The translations under genes and the position numbers were made by a program. A stretch of DNA of 64,000 nt from Tubiluchus corallicola (taxonomy: Eukaryota > Animalia > Priapulida): contig JAQGDQ010001019.1 in NCBI GenBank assembly GCA_030141605.1, positions 5,966 to 69,965 on the forward strand, given 5' to 3'. Positions 15,437 through 31,941 of the stretch are shown here, one piece after another. Position 1 is the stretch's first letter, and every line of letters begins with the position of its first letter. A model generated the notes under the pieces. That model was not told the origin of the DNA. It searched no databases and was given only the letters and a program-made list of their open reading frames with translations.

Positions 15437-17578
15437 CGATGATGATGATGATGATGACAACAATTGTTGTTCGTTTCCCAGGCTCAAGTAACAAATTAAA
15501 CCCCACTTTCTGAACGAAGCCCTGCATTTAATAAGAAAACGTACATGGCTGAATTCTATATTAAAACTCGGCAGCTCGGAAAAGGTTAATTCAGTCGGCT
15601 AGGCAAAGCAATTATCTCAACCAAATGAGATTTTTAAGCAGGCAAAGCAGTTTTATGCAAAACGAACGGCAAATAGAATGTCACGTTTATGACCACCCCG
15701 GAGGGTTAACGAGAGTGGGTCACGACCCTGGGGGGTTTTCACGGAACGGGTCGCGTCCCTCGCGACTAATTTGCGTATTTTCCTTGTGGTAATAACTTTT
15801 GCCTTATTGAGCGAAACTTGAATAATTTATGCATTAGGGCTATATATTTGTCACAAGAGTTTAATAAATTTCGATGTCGTTATTTAGAATTTTGAAAATT
15901 AGTTCACTGTTGGAAGAGTGTGACGTCAAGGATGCACAATCAGGCAACGGTAACGGCAGCCGTAAGGCGTGTGAACCAGCAATTACGAAATATGAAATTG
16001 ACGTCATATTTACTAAAAAAAACACGAAATATCAATTATCGAGCGGTAATTCGTCAATGGAAGAGAAAAAAACGATTTCCATTTACACAAATTCAACTTT
16101 ATATAGCCTTAGACTTACTTAACGAGTGGATGGGTGACCTCCAGGAAACCGGCTTCTGCCTTGTAACGTTTTATGAATTTCATCAACTATTTTGCTCCCA
16201 TCTATTCACCATTTTGATGTAGGATGTTGCCAGTTTTGCCAGACGGTGGCGCCGCCATTGTCTCCAAGAGATGTTCACACGTGCATAAACACCCCTGTAG
16301 TACCTGGTCTGGATCCACCCTACCCACGTGACCTTTGATTTACTTAAAAAATTAGAATGAGCATGTGAAATGGAAGCTAAATATATGTATTGATAATTAG
16401 ATTGTAATTTTCTATAATAAGAAAAGAAAATGTCATCAGACCAGGTGTAAAAATAGTTGCGCAGGAAACCTCGTTTTTAACTGTTATGCGCAATGGCAAT
16501 AAGCCACGTGACTTCTATGAAATTCCATAGAATACCTAGTTAAGATACGTCAACATATAGAATATGTAGAATATATAGTTAAACTATATATGAATATTAA
16601 GCTGCATAGACGATATATGGCCCATTTCTTTATATATAAACAAAAATTATTGTACTGTTCGAATGTTTACTTGCGCCGTGAGATGGTTTTGTGTCTATGT
16701 TAATATACGTGTGTATATTACCTCTATGATATGTTTATTTTATATAAGATTGTACTTGTAAAAGTCTACTTTAGTTTTTTTAGATAGGAGTGTTTTGTTG
16801 TAGCTATTATAATTTTTTCTGTCTTGTGTTTTTATGCCCCCTCCCCTCCCCGCTGCACTCGTAGTTCTAACTTTTGGCACCAGGCGCTTTTGCCTATTAG
16901 CAGTGTAGCCCAGGCAATCACTGAATAACATTTCACATTGTATAATGTATACTATCATTATTTTATGGCAAGTAAAGATGTATTTCTATTTTAAACTAAC
17001 CCAAATATGTTTCTATTTTACATTATTCATAATAATATATATTTATATAGCAAATTTTGAACTAACTTATATATATGTATATATATTTGTTACATATACA
17101 GATGTTAGTTCAAAATTTCAGTCTAAATTAAAATTCGAAAACGTCCCTTAAAGAAATTTTATGGCAGTGATTGGTAATTGGGGTCTTGGGTGTTTTCGTT
17201 ATAGTTTTTGGCCTGTTTGGTGTATGGTCGCGGGTTCAATTCCCAACAATGGTTTTTCAATGATTCCATTTTTTGGAGCAATGACAATGCTTATTTAATT
17301 GTACATTTTTAAGCCATTATGTCCAAAAAATTTAAATTTTCACAGTTTTATTTAATTCGGTTTTTTGCAAATGTGAACTCTATGTGAACACATGGCCATT
17401 AGTGCTTTTAACCTCTTTAACTGGACAGAGTGATTTATCACCTGAGTGGACAATGTCCGAGTTTAAAGCTGTCACTTGAAGTGATGCATGCATTCTGCGT
17501 ACACGCATGACGAAAAACCAATAATTTTGTGCAGGTGACATGATGATTTATTATAATAAGAGTAATTTATTCAAGAGA

Positions 17579-17579
<1 letters not shown>

Positions 17580-17627
<48 letters not shown>

Positions 17628-17743
17628 GCTCGCTCTCTCCCTCCTTCTCTCTCCCTCCTTCTCACTCTCTCTCTCTCTCCCTCTCTCTTCTTTCTCTCTC
17701 TTCCGTCTCCCTCTTTCTCGCCCTCCCCCTTTCTGTCTGTTCC

Positions 17744-17800
<57 letters not shown>

Positions 17801-17903
17801 TCTCTCTCTTTCCTCTCTGTTCTGTCTCTCGTTCTCTCCCTCCCTCCCTCCCTCTCTGTCTGTCTGTCTCTCCTCTCTCTTTTCTCTCTTTTCTCTCTCT
17901 CTC

Positions 17904-17938
<35 letters not shown>

Positions 17939-17992
17939 GTTCTGTCTCTTTCTCTCCCTTTCTCTCTGTCTGTCTCGCCTCTCTCTTTTCTC

Positions 17993-18042
<50 letters not shown>

Positions 18043-18044
18043 CC

Positions 18045-18086
<42 letters not shown>

Positions 18087-18948
18087 TCTCTGAACTGAAC
18101 TGTATTTGTGGTATATATGTAAACAATATAAAGTAAACTATGTTTAAATTAAACTCAATTGTATATCTCTGACTTCCTGTACCTTTAAACCGATAATAGC
18201 TATTTCTAGTGCATTACTCTGACTAGTATTTAAATGGATTATAAAAACGCCAGCATGCATACAAACCCCTGTGAGTTTACCATAATAACATTATGTACAA
18301 CTTAAAGCTACGTAGTTCAACCGTTTCTAATCCAACTTTCTAATCACTTTCTCTAGAATTTCGTCTTGCCCGGTGGCTAAACAACAACAGGCTAATGTGA
18401 ATGAATGCGGAGGGGGTGTGCCTTCTCTCAAGCACAGACAACCAGTTCATGTTTGTGAAACACCTCTTTTACACGGACACCTTAGACAGAAGATATATAG
18501 GTCATTCCAAGCTAGGTCACTGGGCCATCGCTCTACATACATCGCTCGTCCGTATACGACAGCATACTGTAGCCATTGTTACTTTCGTTTCGGTTTCGCT
18601 TTTGCCAATTTCGCAGGTGTAAAAGTGAAAATTCGCATCGAAATACCTGCGTAGGAAATCTTTGAAAAGAGATGGTTTGTTGCAAAAAGATAAAAAGAAG
18701 CGTGCAGTATTAATTAGAAAAAATGTCCGGTTATGCATCGTAGTAATTGTAGTAGGAAAGATGGCAGGAGAGAGAAGAGAGAGAGAGAGAAAGAGGAGAG
18801 AGAGAGAGAGAAAGAGATAGAGAGAGAGAGAGAGAGATAGAGAGAGAGAAAGAGAGAGAGAGAGAGAAATAGAGAGAGTAAGAGAAAGAGAGAAAGAAAC
18901 AAGAGAGAGAGGGGGGAAAGAAAGAGAAAGGGAAAGAGAGAAAGAGAG

Positions 18949-18994
<46 letters not shown>

Positions 18995-19573
18995 AGAGAG
19001 AGAGAGAGAAGCATGCGAGAAAACAAAAAAAAACAGAAGCAGAAACTCTAATTAAGTTAATGACTGGCAAATGTCAAAAACAGTGTAAAATAAAGCACAA
19101 TTCTAAGAAACTGCTTTTGCTGTAGATATTTGCAACTTCATTGCTTCTCTCTGGAAAATTATCATCGACATATATCTAGATTTCGGTCCCGCTGCAAGAC
19201 CTTCAAGATCATCATTAGCAGCAGGTTAGAGCGCTGAGTGCAGGAGTGTCACGTCTACCACAGTGAGCCTTTGCATTGTAAACAAATAGGGCATTCAAGA
19301 TGTGATGACAAAAAATTCTAAATATATCACATGAAAGTATAAAAAACAATCATCATAACTAGAGTCATAAAAGGAAAGTGCGTGTTAATAAACGCTTGAG
19401 TTTCCATACCTTCCAACAAGCTGTTAAATTTAACTTATGACTTTGGTGCTGTAGTAAACATGTAATATCCTATAGCATTGCTTATAAAATGTATTACACT
19501 ATAAAATAATTAGCAATATATGTTAGAAGCTATTTTAATTGTACCATAAATAAACTTTACAGAGAGCGAGAGC

Positions 19574-19618
<45 letters not shown>

Positions 19619-19632
19619 AAGAGAGAGACACG

Positions 19633-19700
<68 letters not shown>
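17580..19700. repeat. CT/AG microsatellite tracts (17580-18090, 18768-19010, 19560-19698)
   Basis: Direct reading; source of the SL- and RE-repeat ORFs. Confidence 0.95.
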
Positions 19701-19703
<3 letters not shown>

Positions 19704-20005
19704 GCAACAAAACTTTGAAGTTTTTTCCAATGATAATTATCAATGCGCTTGAGGCACTAGATGTAGACGCGCATGAACAATTGGAGCACGTTTACGGAAA
19801 ATTAACCTGCGCAGAAATGGGACGACCTTGACAGTCTAAAACAAGAGAACGTTACTAACTGGATTAAAGCCGGTTCTACTTGACCTGAACATTGTGCGCA
19901 TGTATGAAATTGTAGAACAATCGTCAAGGATAATCATACTGATGACGCACCAAAGTCTTCCAAGAATCCGTTGTTTAGGTAGTTGTATACGTCATTAGGT
20001 CAATG

Positions 20006-20335
20006 TTAAAGGAAAAGGAGACCCAATTTTCAAGCTCAAAACAATCTATCCTATAAAATATGACCGTACGATTTTTTCAAGAATCACTTGAAATATGCTG
20101 AAGAGTTATTTTACTACAGAAATGGAATTTCGGATTCGCGCGGTTAGTTCTTCGCCGTTACATGCATTTCGCCACTCACTATTTAGACGGGCACCAGTGC
20201 CTGCATCTCGGAAAAGCATAGCACAAAAAGAAGGTGCTGTACCTGTCAGCTCAGATGTGTTAGTTTGTGACGAACTGCACACGTTCGACAGCTCATGCGT
20301 GAGCACAACGGTAAATGTGCGTCTCAGTTGAAAGG
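20006..20335 (-). mobile_element. Family A MITE, right end
   Basis: 20160-20335 is the reverse complement of 14780-14934; the outer end reads TTAA|AGGAAAAGG on +, supplying the opposite TIR. Confidence 0.7.
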
Positions 20336-21562
20336 TGTTAGGTTGCGACGTAGTGCACACGAGCTCGAGAGCTCGTAGGCCAGCTCAGCAGTAAAGTTAA
20401 ATTTGAATCTTAAACTTAAAATTTCCCAAACTTTTGTATCTCTAACTGGGTATTGCACAATTGTGGATAAACTTTAATAATTTTTGCTTTTGCAAACACG
20501 TAAAATTCGCTGGAGGATTATTTGCGCTGTAGTACGGAATCAGAGCATGTGATAGTAGTACTGATTGCTTCACAGTCCAGCACAGTACGATCCAGCAACA
20601 CCATGTTTGGCTGCGGCCATGAGTACATGTCTGAGCCCAGGTAGAGAAAGTACTGTCGCTCACACAGTTTGTTGTCAGTTGTAACGTGCTTACCGTGAAT
20701 GGATCAAAGTTGAACTGCGACAGTTTAAGCTATTACTCAGTACTCAAAAAATATTTTTCTTTGTTTAGGATTTCATCAAGTTTATGGTATAAACTTTCGT
20801 ATGTTTGTTTATTTAAATTTGCAATAACAACATTAGAGTTACACACACACACACACACACACGCACAAACACACGCGCACGCACCCGCACACACACACAC
20901 ACACACACACTTTTCGTTTTACACAGCATTAAAACAATGGCTAAAAATTTTCCAAAGCAGCACCTCACTAATTTTAACTACATTCCGTCACTGGGTGTGA
21001 CAAAAACTAAAATATTTTCTACAAGAATGCTTTTTTTGGAAGAGGATCAGGTTCAATTACTTCAATTACCCAGAATCCCTATTTCTTCCTTCCTGTAAAT
21101 GTCCTCGTCGTACCCGGAAAAACCTAGGCGGATTATTATTTAAATTACTCACTACAGCTCGCCTAGGCTGGCATATACACTTGATGGATTTTTGAATAAA
21201 TTTATGCTTGAGGGGATGAGGCCTGAACGTGCGAAGCATGCTAAATGGAGCTAACAGTATTCCTTTGAGACGCGTCTTAGCCGCTGTATATGTCATTTTG
21301 TGACTGGATCGATAATTTTAATATATGGAGGTTTTTATTGGGAACACATTATGCACGGTTGAATCTGTGAAGATGAATGAAGCTTCGTCTTTAATAGGAG
21401 GCGGACCGAGAAAGAGTGTCTCTGAGAAGAGTGTCTCTGTAACTGAACTATAACATAATTATTTGTGTTAATCTCCTTGTTGTTTCTATAAGTTATTGCA
21501 GTACGTAAAGCCACATCAATTTCATTGTATGTATTATTCTATAATGACAATAAATTGCTTAA

Positions 21563-21604
<42 letters not shown>

Positions 21605-22199
21605 GCTTGCTTACTTACTTACTTACTTACTATATTTTCGGTATTGTAATGATAGTATGGGTTGCAGTACAGTTCCTTGTGTGACTCCAGTTTTATACAT
21701 AACCGCAAAAATACTGAACTATATTTTCGGTATCGCTATGAAAGTATGGGGCACAGATTAGTGCCTTGTTTGACTCCAGTTTTGCACCAAAAGCGAGGTA
21801 ATTTATACATATTAGAGATATCATTGTTGCAGCATAATGAAATTTTATAGCAAAGTCGTAAAGTAACTGTCTGCCATTACTATCTTGATCATTATTTTCT
21901 TGCCTTTTATGGGGCCTTTAATATTTCTCGTAAATAAACCTTAATTTTATTTGAAGTAAAGAATTAATTTATAAAATTTTCTTCGATGATTTTATTGATT
22001 TGTCTGTCTGTGAATGTGCATGTCTAAGCAGCCTCAGTGGCATTCATTTTAACATAACAAAGACTTCGTTGCTCTTTCTAGCATCCTTCCATGCCTTTTT
22101 CTGAACAATATATGAACATCCCTAAGCTGTACATAAAATATTAATGGTTGCTGCATTTCGAATTCGGAAATTTTTGAAGTCATAAACAACACAGCGGAA

Positions 22200-22340
22200 A
22201 CGAACAATTAGCTCCCTGCAGCGAGGTGACGTCACTGTCCTTAGCGACCAATCGCTTCAATCAAATGATGAATTTATTCAGCGGAAGAAGCCAGCCAGGA
22301 ACCGTGCTTGATCGAACTGCGCATGCGCACGCCGGTTAGA
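22200..22340. promoter_or_regulatory. Promoter/enhancer-like motif cluster upstream of COUP-TF
   Basis: CRE TGACGTCA (22227-22234), CCAAT (22248-22252) and the NRF1-type palindrome TGCGCATGCGCA (22318-22329) within ~100 bp of locally GC-richer sequence. Confidence 0.45.
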
Positions 22341-23086
22341 GGAAATTGTATTGCCAGTCGGTTTTTCTTCAGATAAACAAAGTCGGATGTCGGTTTTCTA
22401 TTTCGGTTCAACTTAAATTTTTGATTTTTTTTATGTTATAAAAAATAATTTATGTTGTAGGTATTGGTTAGACCATTTTAAGTAGAATATGTTATCGGAT
22501 GTAAAAGCATTTTGTAAACTGATGTCGTACCTAAATTACTAATTAAAGCATAATATTCAATTAAGTTGAGTTGCTACACCCCCCCCCCCCCCACCTCACC
22601 TACACCCCCACCCCACCCACACTGTCTGCATCATCATCTTTCTAATATGGTAACCTAATAGTTAAATTAGGTAACTGTGGGTTACTAGTGATAAAATCTA
22701 TTTCTCACAATTTCGCCGTTTCTGTTTCTTCTATTCTCTCTCTTTTTTCTTTTTTCTCTATCGCTCTTTGTGTTTGTTTCTCTATTTCTGCTATATTCTC
22801 CCTCTCTTTTTCTTACTCTCTCTCTTTCTCTCTCTGTCTCTCACACTCTTTTTTTTGTTTTCTTATGCTGCCTAAATTTCTTTTTTATTCTTTCCTTCTT
22901 TCTATTTCTCTTTCTGTGTGCATTTCTTTATTTCTTCTTTCTTCGTCCTCTCTCTTTCTCACTTTCTGTCTTTCTTTCTGTTTCTCTCACACGCTTTCTC
23001 TTGCTTTCTTATTTGCCTAAATTTCTTTTTAATTCTTTTCTTCTTCTTTCTCTTTCTCTCTTTGTGTGCACTTCTCTATTTCTTCT

Positions 23087-23124
<38 letters not shown>

Positions 23125-23844
23125 CACTTCCCCTCATTCATTTCTCAGTCTCTCACACTTTCTCTTCCTTTCTTATTCTGAATTTCGTTTTCATTCTACC
23201 TGCGTGTTTCTTTCTCATTGTTCTCTGACCTTCACCGCCCTCCTCTCCTCCACCCTTTCTTCCCCTTTTCTTTTCTTCGCGTGATTTTTTCCTCATTCTT
23301 TCTTCTCTTTGATTATATTTTGATTATAAATAAGTGCACAAATGCTAAGCCGCGCACTGTGCACAGAATTATTTAACCACAAAGAAAACGCAGAATCAAA
23401 AATCTAAAATAATTTTAAAATTTTCGTAAAATCTTTTAATTAAAATAATCTCGCATGACTCTTGCGTACGACTATCAACCGCTGAAATGCAAATTGCATT
23501 TGCGTCTCCACAACTCAATACTTCCTTCTCCGCAGTTTTCAGTCGGAGGTTTCGAGTGGCACGGATGCGGATGCTGGGAATGATTTCGCATCAGCGTCAG
23601 GATGAAGCATCAACAATCGTACGCGTTGGGCACGAGAGAAAACATCTTCAAGTTTCGATGGCCAATGCTGCTCTTACGATTCAGGTTTGAATCCATGCAC
23701 GAAAAACTAGGTAAGAAAGATTGTCTATGGCTTCAGTCTCTCAGTGATTTTATAATATAAGCTGAATTAAGAAAAATCGAGTTAATAGTTTTATTGTGTG
23801 AAATTTGCTTCTGTAAAATGCTCCAGTTTCATACTGAGTCACTC

Positions 23845-24263
<419 letters not shown>

Positions 24264-24639
24264 GTATGTAGAAAATGCGAGTAACAGTTATTATAATTTT
24301 GCTTAATTGCTTATATAATATTGCACATTAATAAAGAGGGCAAGATGTACGTTCAGCATTTTGACTTAAAATCGCTATTTCAATTTAATTTTATTTGCTT
24401 AAAAAGTATTTCAGTACTTTTGACAAGTATAAATTAGATGACAGAACTCGTAAGTGCAGAAGACATTAGGGTTGAGTATTATGTAACAAAAGCAAACGCG
24501 CCCGCCAGTGAGAGAGAAAGAGAAAAAGATGATTATTTTACACTAGCCTGGCCGAGGTCGGGTGAGTGTGAAGCACTGAACACCACGACCCTTGCTAAAC
24601 CTCGAGAACTTACAATCCACTGCGCCGAGACGCTATTTT

Positions 24640-25436
<797 letters not shown>

Positions 25437-26541
25437 TAAACATTCTTTACGAATCATACAGACAATTAAAGGAAACATAAACACCAATTAATAAAAACGA
25501 ATGAGACAAAATAGTTTATATTTTTTATAAGGATTAGAGATGGAAATAGTAAAATGAAGGTTCATTTATATACTGCTAAACTTTGTAGAATAAATTTTTG
25601 CAGAATATTTTTACATTTGTTTCCATTTAAAAAACTGCTATCGGTTACAGTTTATTAAGGCCTATATTTAATGAACAATTTACCCTTTAAGCACACCAAA
25701 AGTGCAATACGTTGTAGGCGTTTCAAAATAAACTTTGTTCGGTCCAATTTACACAATTTTAACCTCTATTATCTGGAACTAAAATGTTCGTGCTCCACAT
25801 TAAACTTGTCTACTTGTGTTCACGCATAACTATAGATATTTGGACTTTGAACTAATATGCATTTTATAAACATTACTCTTACTTACAAAGTTTGTAATAA
25901 TTGTATACAAAAAGAGATACGAGGCAAATAAAGTACTCTAAGTACTTTATCAAATAGTATAATTTATCGCCAAGCAAATTTTGATTCAATCCGATTTTTT
26001 CCTCTCCGATATTTGCTTTATGTCTTACGTGCGCGTTTATTTTCTAACCCCCTAATTCTGTCGGCTTTCTACAATAAGCGAAAATGAGAGCAACTCTCCG
26101 TAGTTAGACAGGTACATCCCCTTTCGCTTTCACAGTTAAACTAGGTCAGGTGCAGAGAATTTAGCGAAATTATGCGTAGTGCCTACACAATGAGGCGTAA
26201 GTTACGTGTGACACAGTTTTATAACTGTAAAATTAGTTCTGGTCAGTTGTGAAGTAAAAACGCCTAGAGCTGAAACGTATCTTTCAGTATCTTCGCTGCT
26301 ACGTTCTTTTAATATTACGTTGTTTGGAGAATTCGCTTAGCGCCGTTCAGGATTTTCATACACGTTCTGTAAACAGTCGTTCAAAATCTAAAACATGAAC
26401 AAATGTGAGCTAAAGTACTAACGACACATTCGTGCTAATCACATAAATGCATCACAAAAATATAAGCGTATTTTCATAGTTAAAGAATTATGTATTTATG
26501 TGCCTGTAATAAAAATTGAAGCATATTTTTACCTATAAAAA

Positions 26542-26803
26542 TGCCAGAAATTACAATTTTAAAACAGTGTACATATAATATATAAAAGCAAGGTAATTTC
26601 AGTGTATTTCACAGATGTAGATAAAACATTAAGTAATTTATCATATAATTATATTATTATATATATATATATATATATATGTGTAAACTGTAACTGTATG
26701 CATACATATGTATATATATATATATATAATTATATGTAAAGTACTTAATGTTTTATAATGTATATATTATACGTACTCTGTTTTAAAATTGAAATTACTG
26801 GCA
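26542..26803. mobile_element. Foldback/MITE-like palindrome in COUP-TF intron 1
   Basis: TGCCAGAAATTACAATTTTAAAACAGTGTACATATAATATATA pairs with 26761-26803; ATAAAACATTAAGTA...CATATAATTATA pairs with ~26724-26756; (TA)n centre. Confidence 0.8.
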
Positions 26804-27809
26804 CTATATATATATACACTAGAGTAAAATCACCACAATATTTGGATACTATATTTCGCGTATTAAACTAAATTACTTTTTTGTAATCATACAACTTTAT
26901 AAAGGTTGAATATTTAATCAGCTTCAATAATATGGCAGAAACGTAACTGCCATATTTACGTTTCTTTTCATTTCTTCACGTTCTGAAACACGTGTATCGT
27001 TCTCTGCCGTATCACCGTTTAGTTTAAAGCCAAAATACAGCACAGCTTATCACACATACGCTGTAACGTTTAAAGATACTTGGAAACAAACATTTCGATC
27101 ATTAATAATTGTGTTACAGCCTACAACTTTGGTATAGTTACTAAAACACATTGTATCTAGGCGTCAGACAACACTATTTGCTGACTTTAAATGTCTAAAT
27201 TTAGTTTTTTTCCTTTTTAAAACAAAAATTTAAACTGTAACAGATGGATGAGTAATAAAAACAGACTGATTACCGTGTCAGTAAAAAAATGTAAACTTAT
27301 AATATATAATTTTAATTTTCCTTATAAATTGATAGTAATCTTGCCCTCTTAAAGCAGACGCTATCGTTATGGCTTAAGTTGTGTTAAGTTAAATTCGCGG
27401 TGGAGTTTAAAATTATTCCGTGTGTAATAGCACTGTCTAATTACAATGCATAAAGCTTCAAATTTTCAACTAGAAATTTTCTCCAGCTGTTTAATTATTT
27501 AAATTACAACAGAAACATTAAGAAAACAAAACTGATTTAAATATGAATGTAGTTTGTTGTTTTTCGTGTTAGGAGTAGAAGGATTATATTATCATGTATT
27601 TATACAACCCAAATGCCAACGCTTTTCTGGAAAATATTTTTAATGCAATTATTACACAAGTTAGTGATACTAACAATTAAAAATATTCTTACTATTTTTC
27701 AGTATATTTCTATTACTATTGTTACGCAAATAATAGTAGTAATCGTTAATATATAAAAAATATATCCGATTTTCTACAAAGCAACAGGCTGGCTACAGTA
27801 AGTAGCTTA

Positions 27810-28430
<621 letters not shown>

Positions 28431-29008
28431 ATTAGTTACTTTTAATACACTTATATAGTCTAGTTATACAAATTTATCACATAGTGTAACAAGACAGTAA
28501 AATTTTGCAGCAACGTTCCATTATTCGCAGGAAAGTTTTAATAAAACTCGCCGGGTTTAAATAAATTACCAAATTGCATTTGAATTGGCGCGGTTTCCGA
28601 ATTGTCATCATAATTTCCGACGTTCTAAATCTTGAGATATGAGCCCACAATGCGAGTACAATTTGTACAAGTGATACAACTTTGCAAGTTAAAGATAACC
28701 TGTTTTTACACTATTTTCTGTTTACGACTATCTCGTGTACAAATTGAATATGAATATGAGTATGAATATATATGATAAGCAGTTTCATGTATCACAGCTG
28801 AATCTATAATAGAGCCTAAATGTTCGTCTTCGATCATCATTTTAAGTTCTAGTTTTAGCAAGCTCAAATTAATTGAAATTCAATTTTCTTTTAAATTAAT
28901 TTATTATTGAAATCAAAATTAAAATAAAGTTTTAGCGAAATTTTGTAATCTGAATTTGAGAACTGAATTTGACTCAGTCTAGTTACTTTAACCGCGTATA
29001 TATTTAAC

Positions 29009-29335
29009 AAGCACATGTAAAGTGCCGGGGCTCGTAATATACAATTTGTATATTCATAATACATCAGCAGTATATTAACAACAACCATAATACATTCAAC
29101 AGCATGTATAATTTACAATTTGTACATTCATAATGTAAAGTGTAGGGGACTCGTAATATACAATTTGTATATTCGTAATACATGAACAACACATTAACAA
29201 CAACCATAATACATTCAACAGCACGTGCAAAATACAATTTGTACATTCATAATACGTTAACAATACATTACCAACGTTCATAATCCGTTCAACAGCATGT
29301 GCAATGTACACTTTGTACTTTCATGATGTACAACA
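29009..29335. repeat. Degenerate AT-rich tandem repeat
   Basis: Recurrent ATACAATTTGTAYATTCRTAAT and ATTAACAACAACCATAATACATTCAACAGCA blocks. Confidence 0.75.
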
Positions 29336-31305
29336 GGTTAACATGCCTTGATTTTGTATTTTAATGAGCTCTGCGCAGTCATTTTTTCTTCTAAATCCTA
29401 AACATCATTTTAAAACGTATTCACGTCTGTTTGTGTATCCTACGTTTTGCCTTCGTTGCTGATAGAGCGATTTGTTTATTATCCAGCGCGTTTCTTCAAC
29501 AAACTCTTAAATCGTAATTATCTTAGACTCATTAGAAAAACTCGGAGTTTATTTGTGTTTACGTTACTATTCTAGACGCTTCGTTTATCATGTATTGTTT
29601 CCACCCAACCATAGCAATTTATTATGTAAACATTTGCAGTTTTCGTACCAAGTTCCTTATCCACTTTTAAGCAAATTGTTAATTTAGCAGAAGCATTTTA
29701 CTGTGGAGTACAGGTACTAATCATTTCTGGTCGAGTGTAGAAATGGCAAGCGGCTTGTTTGGCGCCAAATGTGTAATAGTGCTAGCGAAAAGATCTCCCG
29801 TATTGGTAAACGTATGGTATTAACCAACGCCTATAACATGCGTTAAATAATGTTTCACAATAATTATATAATAGGTGGTGAATGGGAAAAAACTTGTATT
29901 TAGCGATAATACTGGTCAATTTCTGTAGCGTTTACAGAATTTAAAGTGTTCATAGCAAGTAGAACCAACCAAGCATTCATAATCGCATGGCAGCCTCATA
30001 AATTATCATGTCAAAAATCATTATCCTAGTCGCCATTAGAAAAAATCATGCATTTTTCATGCGCAAGCATCATTTAACCTCTTGCTTTTAATTCACGTTA
30101 AATAAAATGAATGAATCCATGACGCAATGCGTGTCATTTAAAATTCATCTCTGTAAGATTGAACAAACTGCAAAATGTCTGAAGAATGTTGCAAAAAAAC
30201 GCAACAAATTGAACTACAGTACTAACTGGTATTGTGATACTGACAAAACTAACTGATAAATATTTGTTGTGTCGCGAATGCACTTTAAGTTTACAGTTAG
30301 AAAGAGAAATTCCCAATATCTTAAATGTACAGCAGTAGCCATGCAAATGCAATAAACTGTATTTCGTCAGCAATTTTGTAGCCATTTTTATACTGTAACA
30401 ACAAATCTACTTCATGAAAATCCTTTGAAATAAGTGATAGATAAAAGGGCGATAAATGTGCAAATATATGAAGCAACACCACATACGCTAATGGTCGTCG
30501 TGAATAAAAAATTGTTTTTACAAAATTATGCGCTGGATTGCCTAATGCTCCCATATACGTACATACGTACTTGCTGTAGACCTCATTCCTCACAGTAGCA
30601 AATGTTGTCTGAATTTATTAAGTAAGCATACACCCAGATATGTTACCTGTGTGTACAAAAACACTTTTGTCTGAAGAGTATGTTGTTGAAAAGTTATGAA
30701 AATAAGTTTGAAAACTGCAAATATGGTAAGAATAGACACAAAAATAGACACAAACAACCCACAGGGTTACGTTGAAAATTACAAAATGCTGTTCCTAGCA
30801 TACGCGTAGAAACAGTGTTCTTGCTTAATAACTCAAGCATCCCTAACAACTTCTTTAATTTCGAAAAAAATCACAGTACCTGGAACTTGATTTTCCCATA
30901 TGGGAACGCTAGGCACCAAAAGGTTAAATGTACAGCAGTAGCTCTGCAAATACAGTAAACTATATTTTATCAACTAGTAGGAAGATTTGAAAAAATGTCT
31001 TCTTTTATGAATGTTTTCTCGTCTTGGCTAAACAATTATTCTTTAACGCAAGAATTATTTGTCTGGCAGAGCAAATTATGTAAAATTATGTAATAATGTA
31101 AAATCATGTAATCTTATCTCAATATTTTTACCTTTAAAGTTATGGTGCTTAATTTACAAAAAAAAGATAAAATGCCAAAATCCAGTAAAGTCCTTTGAAT
31201 TATATGCTTAAATGTAACTGCCACCGGATTTAGTGACATTACCACTATGTATTCTATATCTGCCTTTCATAATATTATCGGTTCCACATTTTCGTTCCAC
31301 CCATT

Positions 31306-31839
31306 ACAATAAATCAATAAATGCAGCGACGTTTTGGTGTACCAAGACCTATCATTAGGACTCTCATAGTAGTGCTTGGTATTCCACTACGTCACTGTAT
31401 TTATTGATTATACAACAAATCAACAAATGCAATGACGTTTTGGTACACCAAGACCTATCATTAGCATTCTGATTGTAGGGATTGGTGTTCCACAATGTCA
31501 CTGTGTTTATTGATTATACAACAAATCAATAAATGCAATGACGTTTTGGTACACCAAGACCTATAATTAGCATTCTCATTGTAGGGATTGGTGCTCCACA
31601 ATGTCACTGTGTTTATTGATTATACAACAAATCAATAAATGCAATGACGTTTTGGTACACCAAGACCTATCATTAGGATTTTTATTGTAGTGTTTGGTGT
31701 TCCACAACATCACTGTATTTATCAATTGTACAATAAATCAACAAATGCAGTGACGTTTTGGTATACCAAGACCTATCATTAGCATTCTCATTGTAGTGTT
31801 TGGTGTTCCACAACGTCACTGTATTTTCTGATTTATTGC
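31306..31839. repeat. Five tandem 106-bp units, each an imperfect palindrome
   Basis: Units start at ~31308, 31413, 31519, 31625 and 31731. In each, AATCAATAAATGCARTGACGTTTTGGTACACCAA pairs with TTGGTGTTCCACAAYGTCACTGTRTTTATTGATT. Confidence 0.92.
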
Positions 31840-31941
31840 AGCAAAGGGAATAATTGTGTTTTTATAACTTCACTGTTTCACGAAAAATATGAGTCCATTC
31901 GTTCACAAACAGCCATGATTAGTCTTCGTTTTCTTTTTTAG

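Noticed and set aside
31306-31839. 106-bp palindromic array as CRISPR-like
   Set aside because: The whole unit is repeated; there is no variable spacer.
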